Part shown: positions 44,318 through 58,319 of the stretch, piece by piece
How the letters are laid out: every line of letters starts with the position of its first letter
How positions within the stretch are numbered: position 1 is the first letter of the stretch
Translations under genes and position numbers: made by a program
NCBI GenBank assembly: GCA_002269645.1
Contig: NIVC01001347.1
Location: 124,001 to 188,000 of the forward strand
From: Macrostomum lignano
Lineage: Eukaryota
Length of the DNA stretch: 64,000 nucleotides
Direction of reading: 5' to 3'
Notes under the pieces: generated by a model
Databases searched by the model: none
What the model was told of the DNA's origin: nothing
Seen by the model: only the letters and a program-made list of their open reading frames with translations

Positions 44318-44723
44318 CCCTGTCACCCCTGGCTCACCTGGAGCTCTTTCAGTGTGATCCTTCTAGGTATCCCTGTCACCCCTGGCTCACCTGGAGCTCT
44401 TTCAGTGTGATCCTTCTAGGTATCCCTGTCACTCCTGGCTCACCTGGAGCTCTTTCAGTGTGATCCTTCTAGGTATCCCTGTCACCCCTGGCTCACCTGG
44501 AGCTCTCCCATTGTGATCCTGCTGGGTATCCCTGTCACCCCTGGCTCACCTGGAGCTCTCCCAGTGTGATCCTGCTGGGTATCCCTGTCCCTCCTGGCTC
44601 ACCTGGAGCTCTTCCAGTGTGATCCTGCTGGGTATCCCTGTCACCCCTCTGGCTCACCTGGAGCTCTCAATCCCATTGTGATCCTGCTGGGTATCCCTGT
44701 CACTCCTGGCTCACCTGGAGCTC
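44318..44723. repeat. 53-bp minisatellite (CCCTGTCACCCCTGGCTCACCTGGAGCTCT...GTGTGATCCT...GGTAT), about 7.5 copies
   Basis: Period 53 (44318, 44371). Confidence 0.92.
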
Positions 44724-46049
44724 AGTTTTAATGTTTAACATTTGAAAGCCAACATCCGTGATAAAAAACACGAAGCAGTCCTAGAGACCGTTTAATTGTA
44801 ATTTTTAATTAAACTCCAACGCTGTGCGTGCTGTTTCATATCCTGGGAGAATCTGCAGTTCACCCAAAACTGCGGAGCCCCAAAAACTACTTGATACAGT
44901 TATTTGACAAGTTGTCACGTCAGTCTTGCCTAGATTTTTAGTTTAACCCATGGAGAATAAAGTATAGCCACTTCAATCAAGGAACTGTTTCATATTGCGG
45001 TTCTCACACGTTCTTAATATTCGCGAGCGCCCAGCGGTTCTCAATGAGGACACTTGTAAAATCTGCCTATCATTACTGACTGAGCCACTTTCTCCTCAAA
45101 GTAAATGGCCTTCTTATTAAGTTCACCAATCGGAGCGCCGAGAACCTCCTCCTCAAGAAGCAATTATTAAAAAAATCTATGACAAAAAACGAAAAACGCT
45201 CTCGCTTATAACAGTTTTTTTACTACTGTATATAAGTCTCTAAAACCAGCCGTCCATCTGCTGTGAGTCGGGAATTTTCTCTTGGATAAGCTTCACAGAC
45301 AGCAGGCCCTGTACGCGGCTGACGCATGGCTGTCAATCGACATCAAAGCCGACCAGAGGGGCACAGATGGGTGAGAGATCCTTCAAACTCGGTAGGACCC
45401 CCCCCCCTCCGGCCTGCAGTCTTCTTATCCACGATCCGTTTGGCTATAGAACCTTAAAGGCAAGATCCGCGGGAACTCGTTCTCTCTCTGTCTTTGAGTG
45501 AGCCGAGCCCAGCAGAACTTCAACAGCAGTTGACTGTGTATGATGTATGCGTTCTCAGAATAGCTCTCTCTCTCTCTCTTCTATATTCCATGGCACTCAA
45601 ATCCCCCCGGCTTCGATGGCAAATAATTAAAGGCCCTTTTTTCCCCGCGGTGCTGTTTGCACGCGTGCGACAAAGACTGAAGGAGCTTGAGGTCCACTTC
45701 AAGTTCTGTTCCATCCTTAGGATCGGGGTCTCCTATGCAAGAATTCTTCGAGAGATGGAGTGGGATAATTAGGCGAAATTGGCCAGCTAAACCTGACTGT
45801 TGCAATCCTGAGGGGGGGAGGCTGCTCAGCAGAGTCTTGCTGGGTAAACTGTGAAACGTGCCGTCACGTGCGGGGCCGGTCTGATTTTTGTTTGTTTTTA
45901 ACTGGCTTATCCAATACTACCTATCTGAGCATTAGCTTGCGCTCTACGCGATTTCGCTATTAAAATCCTTATACAAGGATCAGACTCGGGTTCAAATTTT
46001 TAAGCATTACGAACTCGTACAAATGTAAATCGATGCTATTTATTGCGCT

Positions 46050-47290
46050 TCCTTATCGTGCAGAGTGGCGTTGGGGATCTGGGAATGGCATTGGGGATCT
46101 GGGAATGGCATTGGAATGGCAATGGGGATCTGGGAGTACGATGGGGATATGGAATGGCAGTGGGGATCTGGGAATGGCATTGGGGATCTGGGAATGGCAT
46201 TGGGGATCTAGGAATGGCATTTGGGATCTGGGAATGGCATTGGGGATCTGGGAATGGCATTGGGGATCTGGGAATGGCATTTGAATGGCATTGGGGATCT
46301 GGGAATGGCATTGGGGATCTGGGAATGGCATTGGGGATCTGGGAATGGCATTTGAATGGCATTGGGGATCTGGGAATGGCATTTGAATGGCATTGGGGAT
46401 CTGGGAATGGAATTTGAATGGCAGTGGGGATCTGGGAGTACGATGGGGATATGGAATGGCAGTGGGGATCTGGGAATGGCATTGGGGATCTGGGAATGGC
46501 ATTGGGGATCTAGGAATGGCATTTGGGATCTGGGAATGGCATTGGGGATCTGGGAATGGCATTTGAATGGCATTGGGGATCTGGGAATGGAATTTGAATG
46601 GCAGTGGTGATCTGGGAGTACGATGGGGATATGGAATGGCAGTGGGGATCTGGGAGTACGATGGGGATATCGAATGGCAGTGGGGATCTGGGAATGGCAT
46701 TGGGGATCTAGGAATGGCATTTGGGATCTTGGAATGGCATTGGGGATCTGGGAATGGCATTTGAATGGCAGTGGGGATCTGGGAATGGCATTGGGAATCT
46801 GGGAATGGCATTTTAATGGCAGTTGGGATCTAGGAATGGCATTTGAATGGCAGTGGGGATCTAGGAATGGCAGTGGGGATCTAGGAATGGCAGTGGGGAT
46901 CTGGGAATGGCATTGGGGATCTGGGAATGGCATCGGGGATCTGGGAATGGCATTGGGGATCTGGGAATGGCATTGAGGATCTGGGAATGGCATTTGAATG
47001 GCAGTAGGGATCTGGGAATGGCAGTGGGGATCTGGGAATGGCATTTAAATGGCAGTGGGGATATGGGAATGGCATTGGGTATCTGGGAGTACGATGGTGA
47101 TCTGGGAATGACATTGGGGGATCTGGGAATGGCATTAAGGATCTGGGAACGGCATTAAGGATCTGGGAACGGCATTAAGGATCTGAGGGTAGCGTCGGAG
47201 ATCGGGAAATGGCAGTGGGGATCTGGGAATGGCATTGGGGGATCTGGGAATGGCATTGGGGATCTGGGAATGGATATTAGGGATCTGAAA
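46050..47290. repeat. ~20-bp minisatellite GGGGATCTGGGAATGGCATT with variant subunits
   Basis: Directly visible; produces the spurious W/G-rich and P-rich ORFs. Confidence 0.95.
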
Positions 47291-48350
47291 GTGAGTGGCA
47301 TTCTAGCTATTTATTGAAATAAAAATTTTTTTACAATCTTTTTTACAAAGATTAGTTATCCAAACAAGTGAATATTTCTAGTCTAGAGGCTGGTTGGCCC
47401 AAGAAAATCCCCACCTAATTCTTCATGATCAGAGCTTAGAGGCAAAGAAAAATAGCCCTGAATCCATAACTCCTTATCATTATATTATAATCAGGGGCAG
47501 AGAAAGGGCCACCTAAAGACCCGTTTCTTACTCAGCTCGCGTGTCGGATTTCCCTGTCAAATCGGAGGAGATGAAAGGCACACGCAGTCCCCAATGTAGG
47601 AGGAATGAACTGACGCTGGCACTAAAACCATATCCGTCTCATTCGCAGGGTTTAGAGGCAATAAGGGAGCTGAGATGACGCGGCCATCTGGTCCCTGTTT
47701 ACCCGGGCGTAAACCGGTCCTTTTGCAGTCCAGCGGCGAGCGCTGCGCTGTCAGAAAAGAAGGATATGGAAGGGCACTGGACAGGGACGACCCTGACAGT
47801 GCTGCAGCATCCCCGGAAGTCGGAGAAATTAGGAAAAAGAATTATATTTTTTTCCCACCCAAACTGCTTGTCTGGGTTCCAGGTTAAAATCACCGTCCCC
47901 TCACACACACAGGCTACACATTTCAGTCTAAGTGTAATTTAGGCCGGATATTAATACTGACTGGGCAAAATCAGCGACAGATTGGCCCGAGCTGAGCAGG
48001 GCAGGAGGACCTCATTCACTCATATCTCGGGCGTCTGTCAGGGGAAAACACCAACCCTGGGTCTCCTCAGCCGTCTGTCGGAGTGAATTCCCGAACACCC
48101 AGCCTGGCTCGGAGTAAGCGAGGGGTGAAAGAGTGAGGGGAGGAACAGATCCACTTGTTCCCAGTCCGCTGCGCCCGAAACTTCCAAAGCTCCCTCGTCT
48201 TCTGTCGTCTGATCTCCCCGAGAGGTTCGCGAAGGGATGCAACTCGAAAAAGGGGAGAGAAGGTGACTCGACACCCATGATACCTTCCGGGCATCGCAGC
48301 CGGAGTTGAGGATGAGGAACTGAATGATTAGGGCTGAAAAAATCGGATTT

Positions 48351-48521
48351 TGCCAATAGGAGCCGAGCAGCCAATAGGAGACGGCCTGGGGCAGCCCAGG
48401 GGCCACGCGAGAGGGGCAGCGGCCACGGCTAGAAAAGGAGGCGCCACGTGGCGGGCCTCGTGTCAGGCGCACTCTGTTTAGCACTCAGCAGGCAGTCAGA
48501 ACGCAGGCCAAACACGCGACC
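48351..48521 (+). promoter_or_regulatory. Proximal promoter of achaete-scute copy A: two CCAAT boxes and clustered bHLH-repressor (HES-type) sites
   Basis: CCAAT twice (~48353 and 48371), GGCCACGCGAG 48401-48411, CACGTG 48445-48450, CTCGTG (reverse of CACGAG) 48457-48462, CACGCG 48513-48518. Confidence 0.55.
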
Positions 48522-49405
48522 ATGTCATCAACAGCTGACAGGCAGCACTTGCCGGTGCCCTCCTTCCTGCGACTGCAGCAGCTCCGGGCAGCAGGCGACG
48601 CCTCCGGGCCGACTCGGCAGCCGCTGGGCGAGCGGTGCTCCAACCTGCCGCCTCGGCCGCCGCAGAAGCCGCCGGGCTCCGAGGCGGCCAAAGCCGCGGC
48701 CGCTGCCGCTTCAAACGCCGCCGCCAACGCCGCCGCCAACGCCGCCGCCGCCGCCCGTCCGGCCGCCTCGTCCATGCAGCGTCGCAACCAGCGCGAGCGG
48801 AACCGCGTCAAGCTGCTCAACCTCGGCTTCGAGCGGCTTCGCCAGCTGGTGCCGAGCGATGACGGACAGAGGCTGAGCAAGATCGCCACCCTGCGGGCCG
48901 CCATCGCCTACATCCGCAGCCTGCAGGAGCTGCTGGACCAGGACGACTGCGGAGGCTGCGGCTGCGACGGCTGCGGCGCCTGCGGCGGCCCCGGCGACTC
49001 CTGGATGGCGGAGCAGCCGCGGCAGGAGGCCGACTCGGTGGCGACGCGGCCGGAGGGCCAAAACACCTTCAGCTTTTAATTGAGTGCTCTGCGCTTTTTT
49101 GCGAAACTCTGCTTTTCGGTGCTCCAATGCTTTTTTCCTGCTTTCTGCTTTCGCTTTCGTAGCATTTTTACCTGCGTTTTTTCGCTCCAAGTTTTTTTTC
49201 CGTGCCGCCTCTGTCAAGCGAGAACATCCAAGCAGCTTCTCTTTCAGCGTCTTCCGCATCAGCGGGGCAACTCAGCAGCGCTTGGATTTTGTCGCTTTTC
49301 AGATCTTCTTTCTCAGCCTGCTTTTTTCAACTCAGCTTTTGCTGCTCGCTCAGATTTTCTGTTAGGAGTTTTTCTAGATAGGAACTTTTCTTTATTTTTT
49401 AGATT
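48367..49405 (+). repeat. Left arm of an ~1.04-kb inverted duplication
   Basis: Reverse complement of 59841-60878 with few substitutions or indels. Confidence 0.93.
48522..49079 (+). CDS. ASCL: Achaete-scute family bHLH transcription factor, copy A (intronless, 185 aa)
   Basis: b[28 protein letters not shown]...[21 protein letters not shown], preceded by a poly-Ala tract as in ASCL1-type proteins. Confidence 0.92.
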   Translation: MSSTADRQHLPVPSFLRLQQLRAAGDASGPTRQPLGERCSNLPPRPPQKPPGSEAAKAAAAAASNAAANAAANAAAAARPAASSMQRRNQRERNRVKLLNLGFERLRQLVPSDDGQRLSKIATLRAAIAYIRSLQELLDQDDCGGCGCDGCGACGGPGDSWMAEQPRQEADSVATRPEGQNTFSF

Positions 49406-49999
49406 TCTCATATAGACTTTACAATTTCATAGACTTTTAGGATTTTTCTTGTGTTTTATCTCCAGAGCTCAAATTCTTGCTGTGCGGCACGTGTCCCTAT
49501 TTATTGATATCGGTGTCCGAGGCTCCCACCTTCCCTCTGTTTCTGTCGCCTGTCGATTTTTTTCACACTTTCTAAATTGAATTCTTCTTTGTAAATGACT
49601 CCCTCCGTTTCGCTTGATGCTTTTGACCTAATTAAATTTTTGCTCATATTTCAATGCTATCATAGTTAGTATATGTAATCAGCTATTAAAATTGACGTAA
49701 CTAAATAAATCTAATCTCTGGATTTTGTACTTTTACGTAGCTAGTATTTAAAGCAAAAAACAGACCTTTGAGTTTGAGTTTGTTTGCTACTTAATTTCTT
49801 ATGACTAACTAAAAGTATTCATTCGTAATTGTTGGAGTGCAAGTGCCTGGCCTTGTCAGTTCAAGCTAGTGCAAATTGAATGTCCAAAATGTCAGGGACT
49901 GGGGTTATCCCAATCTGTATTCTCACACCTGAGATTGTAGCTCGTACCTTTGTTATACTCATTTCGATGTCTGAATTTCAAAACGCGAAACGCATGGAA

Positions 50000-51200
50000 C
50001 ACCTTGAGATTAATCGCTTTCCGCAATCTCATTCTCGAATCACACATGAGATTATCTCCATTCATGATTCTCACACCTGAGATTATCTCCATTCAGGATT
50101 CTCACACATGAGATTATCTCCATTCATGATTCTCACACCTGGGATTATCTCCATTCAGGATTCTCAAACCTGAGATTATCTCCATTCAGGATTCTCAAAC
50201 CTGAGATTATCTCCATTCAGGATTCTCAAACCTGAGATTATCTCCATTCAGGATTCTCAAACCTGAGATTATCTCCATTCAGGATTCTCACACAATACGC
50301 ATCCCGAGATTGTATCTATTTTATCTATTTAGCTTCTCACACCATGAGATTATCCCTACTCAGATTCGCACGCCTTGAGATTATCCCCGATTCTGATTCT
50401 TGCTGTCTGAGATTATCTCAAATTCAATATCATTCTCTGAGATTATCTCAAATTCAGATTCTTGCTCTCTGAGATTATCTCAAATTCAATATCATGCTCT
50501 CTGAGATTATCTCAAATTCAATATCATTCTCTGAGATTATCTCAAATTCAATATCATGCTCTCTGAGATTATCTCAAATTCAATATCATGCTCTCTGAGA
50601 TGATCTCAAATTCAATATCATGCTCTCTGAGATTATCCCGAATTCAATATCATGCTCTCTAAAATTATCCCGAATTCAATATCATGCTCTCTGAGATTAT
50701 CTCAAATTCAATATCATGCTCTCTGAGATTATCTCAAATTCAATATCATGCTCTCTGAGATTATCTCAAATTCAATATCATGATCTCTGAGATTATCCCG
50801 AATTCAATATCATGCTCTCTGAGATTATCTCAAATTCAATATCATGCTCTCTGAGATTATCCCGAATTCAATATCATGCTCTCTGAGATGATCTCAAATT
50901 CAATATCATGCTCTCTGAGATTATCCCGAATTCAATATCATGCTCTCTAAAATTATCCCGAATTCAATATCATGCTCTCTGAGATTATCTCAAATTCAAT
51001 ATCATGCTCTCTGAGATTATCTCAAATTCAATATCATGCTCTCTGAGATTATCCAAAACTCAGATTCTCACGCATTGAGATTATCCCTATTTAGATTCTT
51101 GCTCTCTGGGATTATCCCAAACTCAGATTCTTGTTCTCATAGGATCATCTCAAATTCAGATTTTCGGTCTCTAAGATTATCCCTATTTAGATTCTCCGCC
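50000..51200. repeat. 31-32-bp minisatellites (GAGATTATCTCCATTCAGGATTCTCAAACCT grading into GAGATTATCTCAAATTCAATATCATGCTCTCT)
   Basis: Directly visible tandem copies. Confidence 0.92.
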
Positions 51201-51879
51201 CCTGTAATATTTTCCCATTTAGATTGTCGCTCCCTGGACAATGAAGAAATGGAATAAAAAGCTATAAACTTAATTTATGCCTAGAGACTCAACTGGCCCA
51301 GAGTTCACTGTGACATTAAGGCATCTAAAATTCAATTCACGCTCGGCATGCTGAAGTGAGGCAGCTGAGGCCATATCGGTCGAACTCCGATCAAAAACAT
51401 TTTCATCCAATCTTCCCATTCTTACTTTCAGATTTCGGGGCCGCTCTCTGCAGAGCCCCCGCAATCTGTCAACGTGGAAAAACTTCCAACTTATAGTTCT
51501 AAGTGACGAAAATTGGGAAATTATGAGCCAGACTTGGACTGACTGAGGATAAATATCCCAATAAATATATAGTGTCTTTGTTTTTTATATCCCAATCGAT
51601 ACCTCTTATCCCACCCTCCCGCGGAGCCGCAAACATTTGCAGTAGTGGAGGCATCCGGCTCCGATTCCGCCCACACATCTGTCGCGTGGATTCCGGTCTG
51701 GGCAATTATGAAGATCATCAGTTAGTTGATAATTTATTGTCCCACTCAGCATCATCTGGGACCGGACAAGGCCAGGGAGACTTGGCAGTGACACTCCCTC
51801 ACCCAGGTGGCCAGGCCAGTTGGATTCCAAGAAATAGCTTGCCAAGAATGAGCACAAACTCAGTGTTTATGCGATGCGA

Positions 51880-52460
51880 TGGGATAAGATGAGAGAGCAG
51901 AAACATAAGAAGATAGGAGAGAAGATAGGAGAGAGAAGATGAGAGGGTAGCGGGAGAAGAGAAAAGAGGGACAGAGCAGAGAAGATAAGAGAGGGGAGAG
52001 ACGAAAGAAGAGAGAAGAGAGGAGATAGGAGAGAAGAGAGCCGAGGGGAGAATGGAGAGAAGAGAACCGAGGGGAGAGTGGAGAGAAGAGAGGAGAGGGG
52101 AGAGAAAAGAGAATGGAGAGTGGAGAGAAGAGAACCGAGGGAGAGTGGAGAAGAGAGTGGAGAGAAGAGAGAAGAAGGGAGAGTGGAGAGAAGAGAGAAG
52201 AAGGGAGACTGGAGACTGGAGAGAAGAGAACCGAGGGGAGAGAGGAGAGAAGAGAGAAGAAAGGGAGAGAGAAGATGGGAGAGAGAAGATGGGAGAGAAG
52301 ATGGGAGAGAGAAGATGGGAGAGAGAAGATGGGAGAGAGAAGATGGGACAGAGAAGATGGGAGAGAGAAGATGGGAGAGAGAAGATGGGAGAGAGAAGAT
52401 GGGAGAGAGAAGATGGGAGAGAGAAGATGGGAGAGAGAAGATGAGAGAGCTGAGAAGAGA
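51880..52460. repeat. Purine-rich GA low-complexity tract ending in a 15-bp repeat (GAGAAGATGGGAGA-type)
   Basis: Directly visible. Confidence 0.92.
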
Positions 52461-53090
52461 CGCAAACCTTGAACGGTTGTGATTGCTATTGTGAAGTTTC
52501 AAGGGACCCGAGGGCTGGAGTATGTCGAACCCCAGGGCCGCCAGCCTAATGCTCAGCCGCACACGGAGCCGGTCGGCCCTACTGAAATTTCACACTGATT
52601 CGTCCCGTTCCTTTAAAAAAAGCATCATAGTCCAATTATTAATTTTTTCATACGCAAGCGAGCGAGCCTCGATACCCTGTAATTTTTGGCAAACAGCTCT
52701 CGCCATCCCGGGGGGGGGGATGTTGGAAATTCAATAACCAGCGCGGGAGCTGTTTTGGAACTTTTTTTCCAAACCAGTGACCGCCTGTTGCTCTGCGCCC
52801 CCCCCCCCTGCGTAATGGCGGTTTGCGTGCCGGTTCGGCGCCAACAAAAACTCCCCCGAGTCCCCGCAAACTTGGGATTGGGGTGGGGTGGAGGAAAATT
52901 AATTTTTAATTTAATTGCCATGCAAGCTAAAAAACAGGGCCCCGCCAGTTCCGCATTTCACTTCCGCACCGTCTGATCGAATCAGCGAATTCAAGCAGAG
53001 AGACCATCGATGAGGCCGATCTCCAGCCCAGGATAGCTATAGACATGGACTGCTAAACATACTTGGACTGGAAGGCCAAAGTCCTACAGC

Positions 53091-53603
53091 GGGGGCATCA
53101 TAAACCCGAAATATCACAAACCCGAAATATCACAAACCCGAAATATCCCAAACCCGAAATATCACAAACCCGAAATATCACAAACCCGAAATATCACAAA
53201 CCCGAAATATCACAAACCCTAAATATCACAAACCCGAAATATCACAAACCCGAAATATCACAAACCCGAAATATCACAAACCCGAAATATCACAAACCCG
53301 AAATATCACAAACCCGAAATATCACAAACCCGAAATATCATATCTCCGAAAGTTCTAGCAATGTCCAACACTATTTTGGTTTTCGGAGTTATGATATTTC
53401 GGGTTTATGATATTTCGGGTTTGTGATATTTCGGGTTTATGATATTTCGGGTTTGTGATATTTCGGGTTTGTGATATTTCGGGTTTATGATATTTCGGGT
53501 TTGTGATATTTCGGGTTTGTGATATTTCGGGTTTACGATATTTCGGGTTTACGATGGGAAGTGCTTTCGGAGTTGTGATTTTTCGGGTTTGTGATGGCGA
53601 CCC
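53091..53603. mobile_element. Foldback/MULE-like MITE made of inverted arrays of a 17-bp unit (AAACCCGAAATATCACA), with a degenerate 9-bp TSD
   Basis: Forward array 53100-53345 and inverted array ~53385-53595. Ends GGGGGCATCATAAACCCG / CGGGTTTGTGATGGCGACCC. Flanks TCCTACAGC (53082-53090) and TCCTCCAGT (53604-53612). Confidence 0.78.
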
Positions 53604-54289
53604 TCCTCCAGTTCGTGCGGCAGGGAAACTGGCCGCCAAGATGCAGACAGTGTACACTGACGGACGATACGAAAGTCAGAGCCGCTGTCCCCAACCAGTC
53701 CAAAATGCTTCTCAGGGTCCATGGCTGTGGCGCATTACCAGCCATATTTGTGTTGCTACGCCAGCGTTTCCGCCAAAATGCCAGTTGGAGTTGGGGAAGG
53801 GGGGCGCCCTTCCTTACCTCACTGGGCCGGAAATGTCATGCGGCCCCAACCCGTGTCTGCATCAAAAATTTCCCCGTTTAAATCAGTTATCTTTTGTTGC
53901 CGTGGGGTTGTGGGGATATTCATGAAAAAATGAAAAATATCGGTTCTCGAATAACAGAAGTTGCGATTATTTTTTCTCTTATCAGTGCTGCCTCCTTGAT
54001 CTTGAGTCGGCGGCTGGGTGGGTATGAGATCCCGACTTTGTCATTGATCCTTGTTTTCTTTCAAATTGGAAAAACTGCTGGTAAAGTGAGAGTGCAGGGC
54101 GAGTGCTGCTCTTGCTCGCTTGTCATGTGGGTACCAGCGGTTTTTTTTTAACTATTAAGAGGAAAACAATTTATCTACTGATCTTCTTATAGCTGCCATT
54201 TGATAAATTATTTGCTGCTTTTGCTAGTTTTTGAGGTGAATGCTTTTCAACTAAACTGTGGGAGTCATCACATGAAATCATATGAGTCA

Positions 54290-55800
54290 CGGGGATCATG
54301 GAGGTCACTGGGGATCATGAAAGTCATCACCCTGGGATCATTGGAGTCATCACCTGAGATCATTGAAGTCATCACCTGAGATCATTGGAGTCATCACCTG
54401 AGATCATGGAAGTCATCACCTGAGATCATGTAGGTCATCACCTGAGATCATTGGAGTCATCACCTGAGATCATTGGACTCATCACCTGAGATCATGTGAG
54501 TCACCACCTGAGATCATGAAAGTCACCACCTGAGATCATTGGAGTCACCACCTGAGATCATTGGAGTCATCACACCTGAGATCATGGGAGTCACCACCTG
54601 AGATCATGGGAGTCATCACCTGAGATCATGGGAGTCATCACCTGAGATCATGGGAGTCACCATGATCACCACCTGAGATCATGAGAGTCATCACCTGAGA
54701 TCATGGGAGTCACCATGATCACCACCTGAGATCATGGGAGTCATCACCTGAGATCATGGGAGTCACCACCTGAGATCATGGGAGTCACCACCTGAGATCA
54801 TTGGAGTCATCACACCTGAGATCATGGGAGTCACCACCTGAGATCATGAAAGTCATCACCTGAGATCATCAAAGTCACCACCTGAGATCATGAAAGTCAT
54901 CACCTGAGATCATTGGAGTCATCACCTGAGATCATAGGAGTCACCACCTGAGATCATAAAAGTCACCACCTGAGATCATTGGAGTCACCACCTGAGATCA
55001 TTGGAGTCATCACCTGAGTTCATGAGAGTCAACTGGGATCATGGGAGTCAACTGGGATCATGGGAGTCAACTGGGATCATGGGAGTCATTGAGGATCATG
55101 GGAGTCATTGAGGATCATGGGAGTCATTGAGGATCATGGGAGTCATTGAGGATCATGGGAGTCATTGAGGATCATGGGAGTCATTGAGGATCATGGGAGT
55201 CATTGAGGATCATGGGAGTCATTGAGGATCATGGGAGTCATTGAGGATCATTTGAGTCATTGAGGATCATGGGAGTCATTGAGGATCATGGGAGTCATTG
55301 ATGATCATGGGAGTCATTGAGGATCAAGGGAGTCATTGAGGATCATTTGAGTCATTGAGGATCATGGGAGTCATTGAGGATCATTTGAGTCATTGAGGAT
55401 CATGGGAGTCATTGAGGATCATGGGAGTCATTGAGGATCATGGGAGTCATTCAGGATCATGGGAGTCATTGAGGATCATGGGAGTCATTGAGGATCATGG
55501 GAGTCATTGAGGATCATGGGAGTCATTGAGGATCATGGGAGTCATTGAGGATCATGGGAGTCAACTGGGATCATGGGAGTCATTGAGGATCATGGGAATC
55601 ATCATCTGAGTTCATGAGAGTCAACTGGGATCATGGGAGTCAACTGGGATCATGGGAGTCATTGAGGATCATGGGAATCATCATCTGAGTTCATGAGAGT
55701 CAACTGGGATCATGGGAGTCAACTGGGATCATGGGAGTCATTGAGGATCATCGGAGTCATCACCTGAGTTCATGAGAGTCAACTGGGATCATGGGAGTCG
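54290..55800. repeat. Related 22-bp (TCATCACCTGAGATCATGGGAG) and 19-bp (TCATTGAGGATCATGGGAG) minisatellites
   Basis: Directly visible; the unit switches at ~55020. Confidence 0.95.
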
Positions 55801-56589
55801 TTGGGGATTTTTCAAATCGGACCTATGGGTGCTTAATAAGCGGGAATTGTATGATGTAATCTATGAATATATTACGCCCCTCAAATGCTATTTTCATTGT
55901 AAAGATGCATCTACATGGAGCTATTTAATCTCATCCCAGCTTATACCGCTCCCGCCATTAAGCATAGAAGTTAGTCTTGTTCGACTGCAGTCTTTTAATT
56001 ATGCCTCTAAGTCATAAAGAATGCATTTATTGCTCTCTGAGAGATACCTAGACTTCAAAATGAGCAATATAAATATGAGAGAAGCATCAGCAAGTTTATT
56101 GAGAGCTTATAGCTTTACGACAGCAGACCAATAGACTGGAACAATTAGAAAGAACCGCAATTGGCCTCAAAGGGGAATTATGGAGCACAGCTGAACAAAG
56201 ATTCCCCAATTTCTCTGCAGACTCAGTGCCCCCCCCCCCTAACACTCACGGACGCAAACAAGTTCCTTAAGCCCTGGCAAACAAAAATTTGAACTGAACT
56301 CGAACTGCCGAGCAATAAAAACTCAGAATAATCATCACCATCAGGCAACCCCCCCCCTGTTCACTTTCTCAGACACTTCAGCCTCAGAGTTGCCAAATAT
56401 TTGCTGTGACTGTTGTCTGTTCCCTGTTCTCACGAACCCGTGACAGCCTCTCGCACTCTGGCTTCATCACCATTGCAGGGCCATACAGTGTCCCTATTTT
56501 TGTCTTATGGGGAATATTTCTAATATCTTCATCAACACATTTTTCATTCAATTCGAGTCCCCAATTGGAATCTCATGAAGTATAACTCA

Positions 56590-57265
56590 TCGAGAATCTC
56601 TCCGTACTGAATCTTCCCAATCGAGAATCTCATCCTTACTGAATCATCCCAATCGAGAATCTCACCATACTGAATCTTCCCAATCGAGAATCTCACGCTT
56701 ACTGAATCTTCGCAATCGAGAATCTCACCCTTACTGAACCTTCCCAATCGAGAATCTCACCATACTGAATCTTCCCAATCGAGAATCTCACGCTTACTGA
56801 ATCTTCGCAATCGAGAATCTCACCCTTACTGAATCTTCCCAATCGAGAATTTCACCTTTACTGAATCTTCCCAATCGAGAATCTCACCCTACGGAATCTT
56901 CCAAATCGAGAATCTCACCCTATTGAATCTTCCCAATAGAGAACCTCATCCTACTGAGTCTTCCCAGTCGAGAATCTCACCCCTACTGAATCTTCGCAAT
57001 CGAGAATCTCACCCTTACTGAACCTTCCCAATCGAGAATCTCACCCTACTGAATCTTCCCAATAGAGAACCTCATCCTACTGAATCTTCCCAGTTGAGAA
57101 TCTGACCATACTGAATGTTCCCAATCGAGAATCTCATCCTACTGAATCTTCCCAGTCGAGAATCTGACCATACTGAATGTTCCCAATCGAGAATCTGACC
57201 ATACTGAATGTTCCCAATCGAGAATCTGACCATACTGAATGTTCCCAATCGAGAATCTCACCCCA
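56590..57265. repeat. 31-bp minisatellite (TACTGAATCTTCCCAATCGAGAATCTCACCC)
   Basis: About 21 tandem copies. Confidence 0.93.
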
Positions 57266-58319
57266 GTAAATATCCCCTTTAAAAACCCTATCTCGGGTTA
57301 CCAATCGAACTGAGTTCCAACTTGCCATCCGTCCGTCCGCAGCTTCCGCAGGCTCTTCATCTCAGACAGCGATCAGCTTCTCAAAACTGTCTATTACAGA
57401 TAGAAATCTGGAGAGCGCAGCAGGAAGTGCATTGGAGCAGCGGGGAAAAATCTGCATATTTGATGGCAGATTAGAAAGATTAAACTTGCTGTCAACGCTC
57501 TCCGCGGGGTGCAGGGAGCTAAAAATGGGAAAAGTGGTCCAAAAAAATCCCAGACAGGCGCAGAATGAGTAGCTCACTAGAGTTGCCCAGCAAGCAGGCT
57601 TAGAATGTTGCTGCTCAGTTTTTCCTCTTATCAGGACAACGGGGGGTCCACCCCCCTAGGGAGGGTCCGATGCCCCCCTCCGCCCAGTGGGAGCTTTTAT
57701 TATCTTCCCGCCGGCCCTGAAATCCTCAAGGGGGGGGGTAAAAAATCCCATCGATAAATGAATGGGATTCAGCCTTCGACACGCAACATTGAGGCTTTTT
57801 TCAAAACCAACCTCGAAGCTTTTTCATGCCGAGCAAAAGTTCTGAATGCTGAGTAGCCTAATAATAATGATAATCATTCGACCCTTGACTGAGAAGTGCC
57901 GCCCCAGTTTTAGCTGACAGAAAAAAGACGTGGAGTTCTTGAACGCCACTCGAGACAGACAGACAGACAGGCAGGGGGCCCGTGGGTGTGGCTGTAATTG
58001 GCTAAATGGGAGAAAAAAATCGCATTTTTTTGCTTATAATATAATTTGACAACAGACAAAACTATCACTTCCGTTATCTGTGAGACTGTGTTTTTCCAGG
58101 GAATATGAGTGTATACATTATGAATTTGTATGCATGAATATAGAAGGAAAATGAAAGTAGCCATGATGCGATACCCCCACGGACACGTGCTGTGCCACGT
58201 GCGCTCAGGTGTCACCCCGTCCGGTTAGGCCAAGAAGTTTTGATTTTGAGTTTTAATTGCTCGTCATTAGCAGCTGATGCTGTATCAAACTGAGTAGCTC
58301 TGGTTAAAGCACAGCTTGG

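Noticed and set aside
46033-47158. Long W/G-rich and P/H-rich ORFs
   Set aside because: Translations of the 20-bp minisatellite.
48448-49415. Alternative-frame and antisense ORFs overlapping the achaete-scute genes (also 59869-60797)
   Set aside because: By-products of GC-rich, stop-poor sequence; the bHLH frame is the one with family homology.
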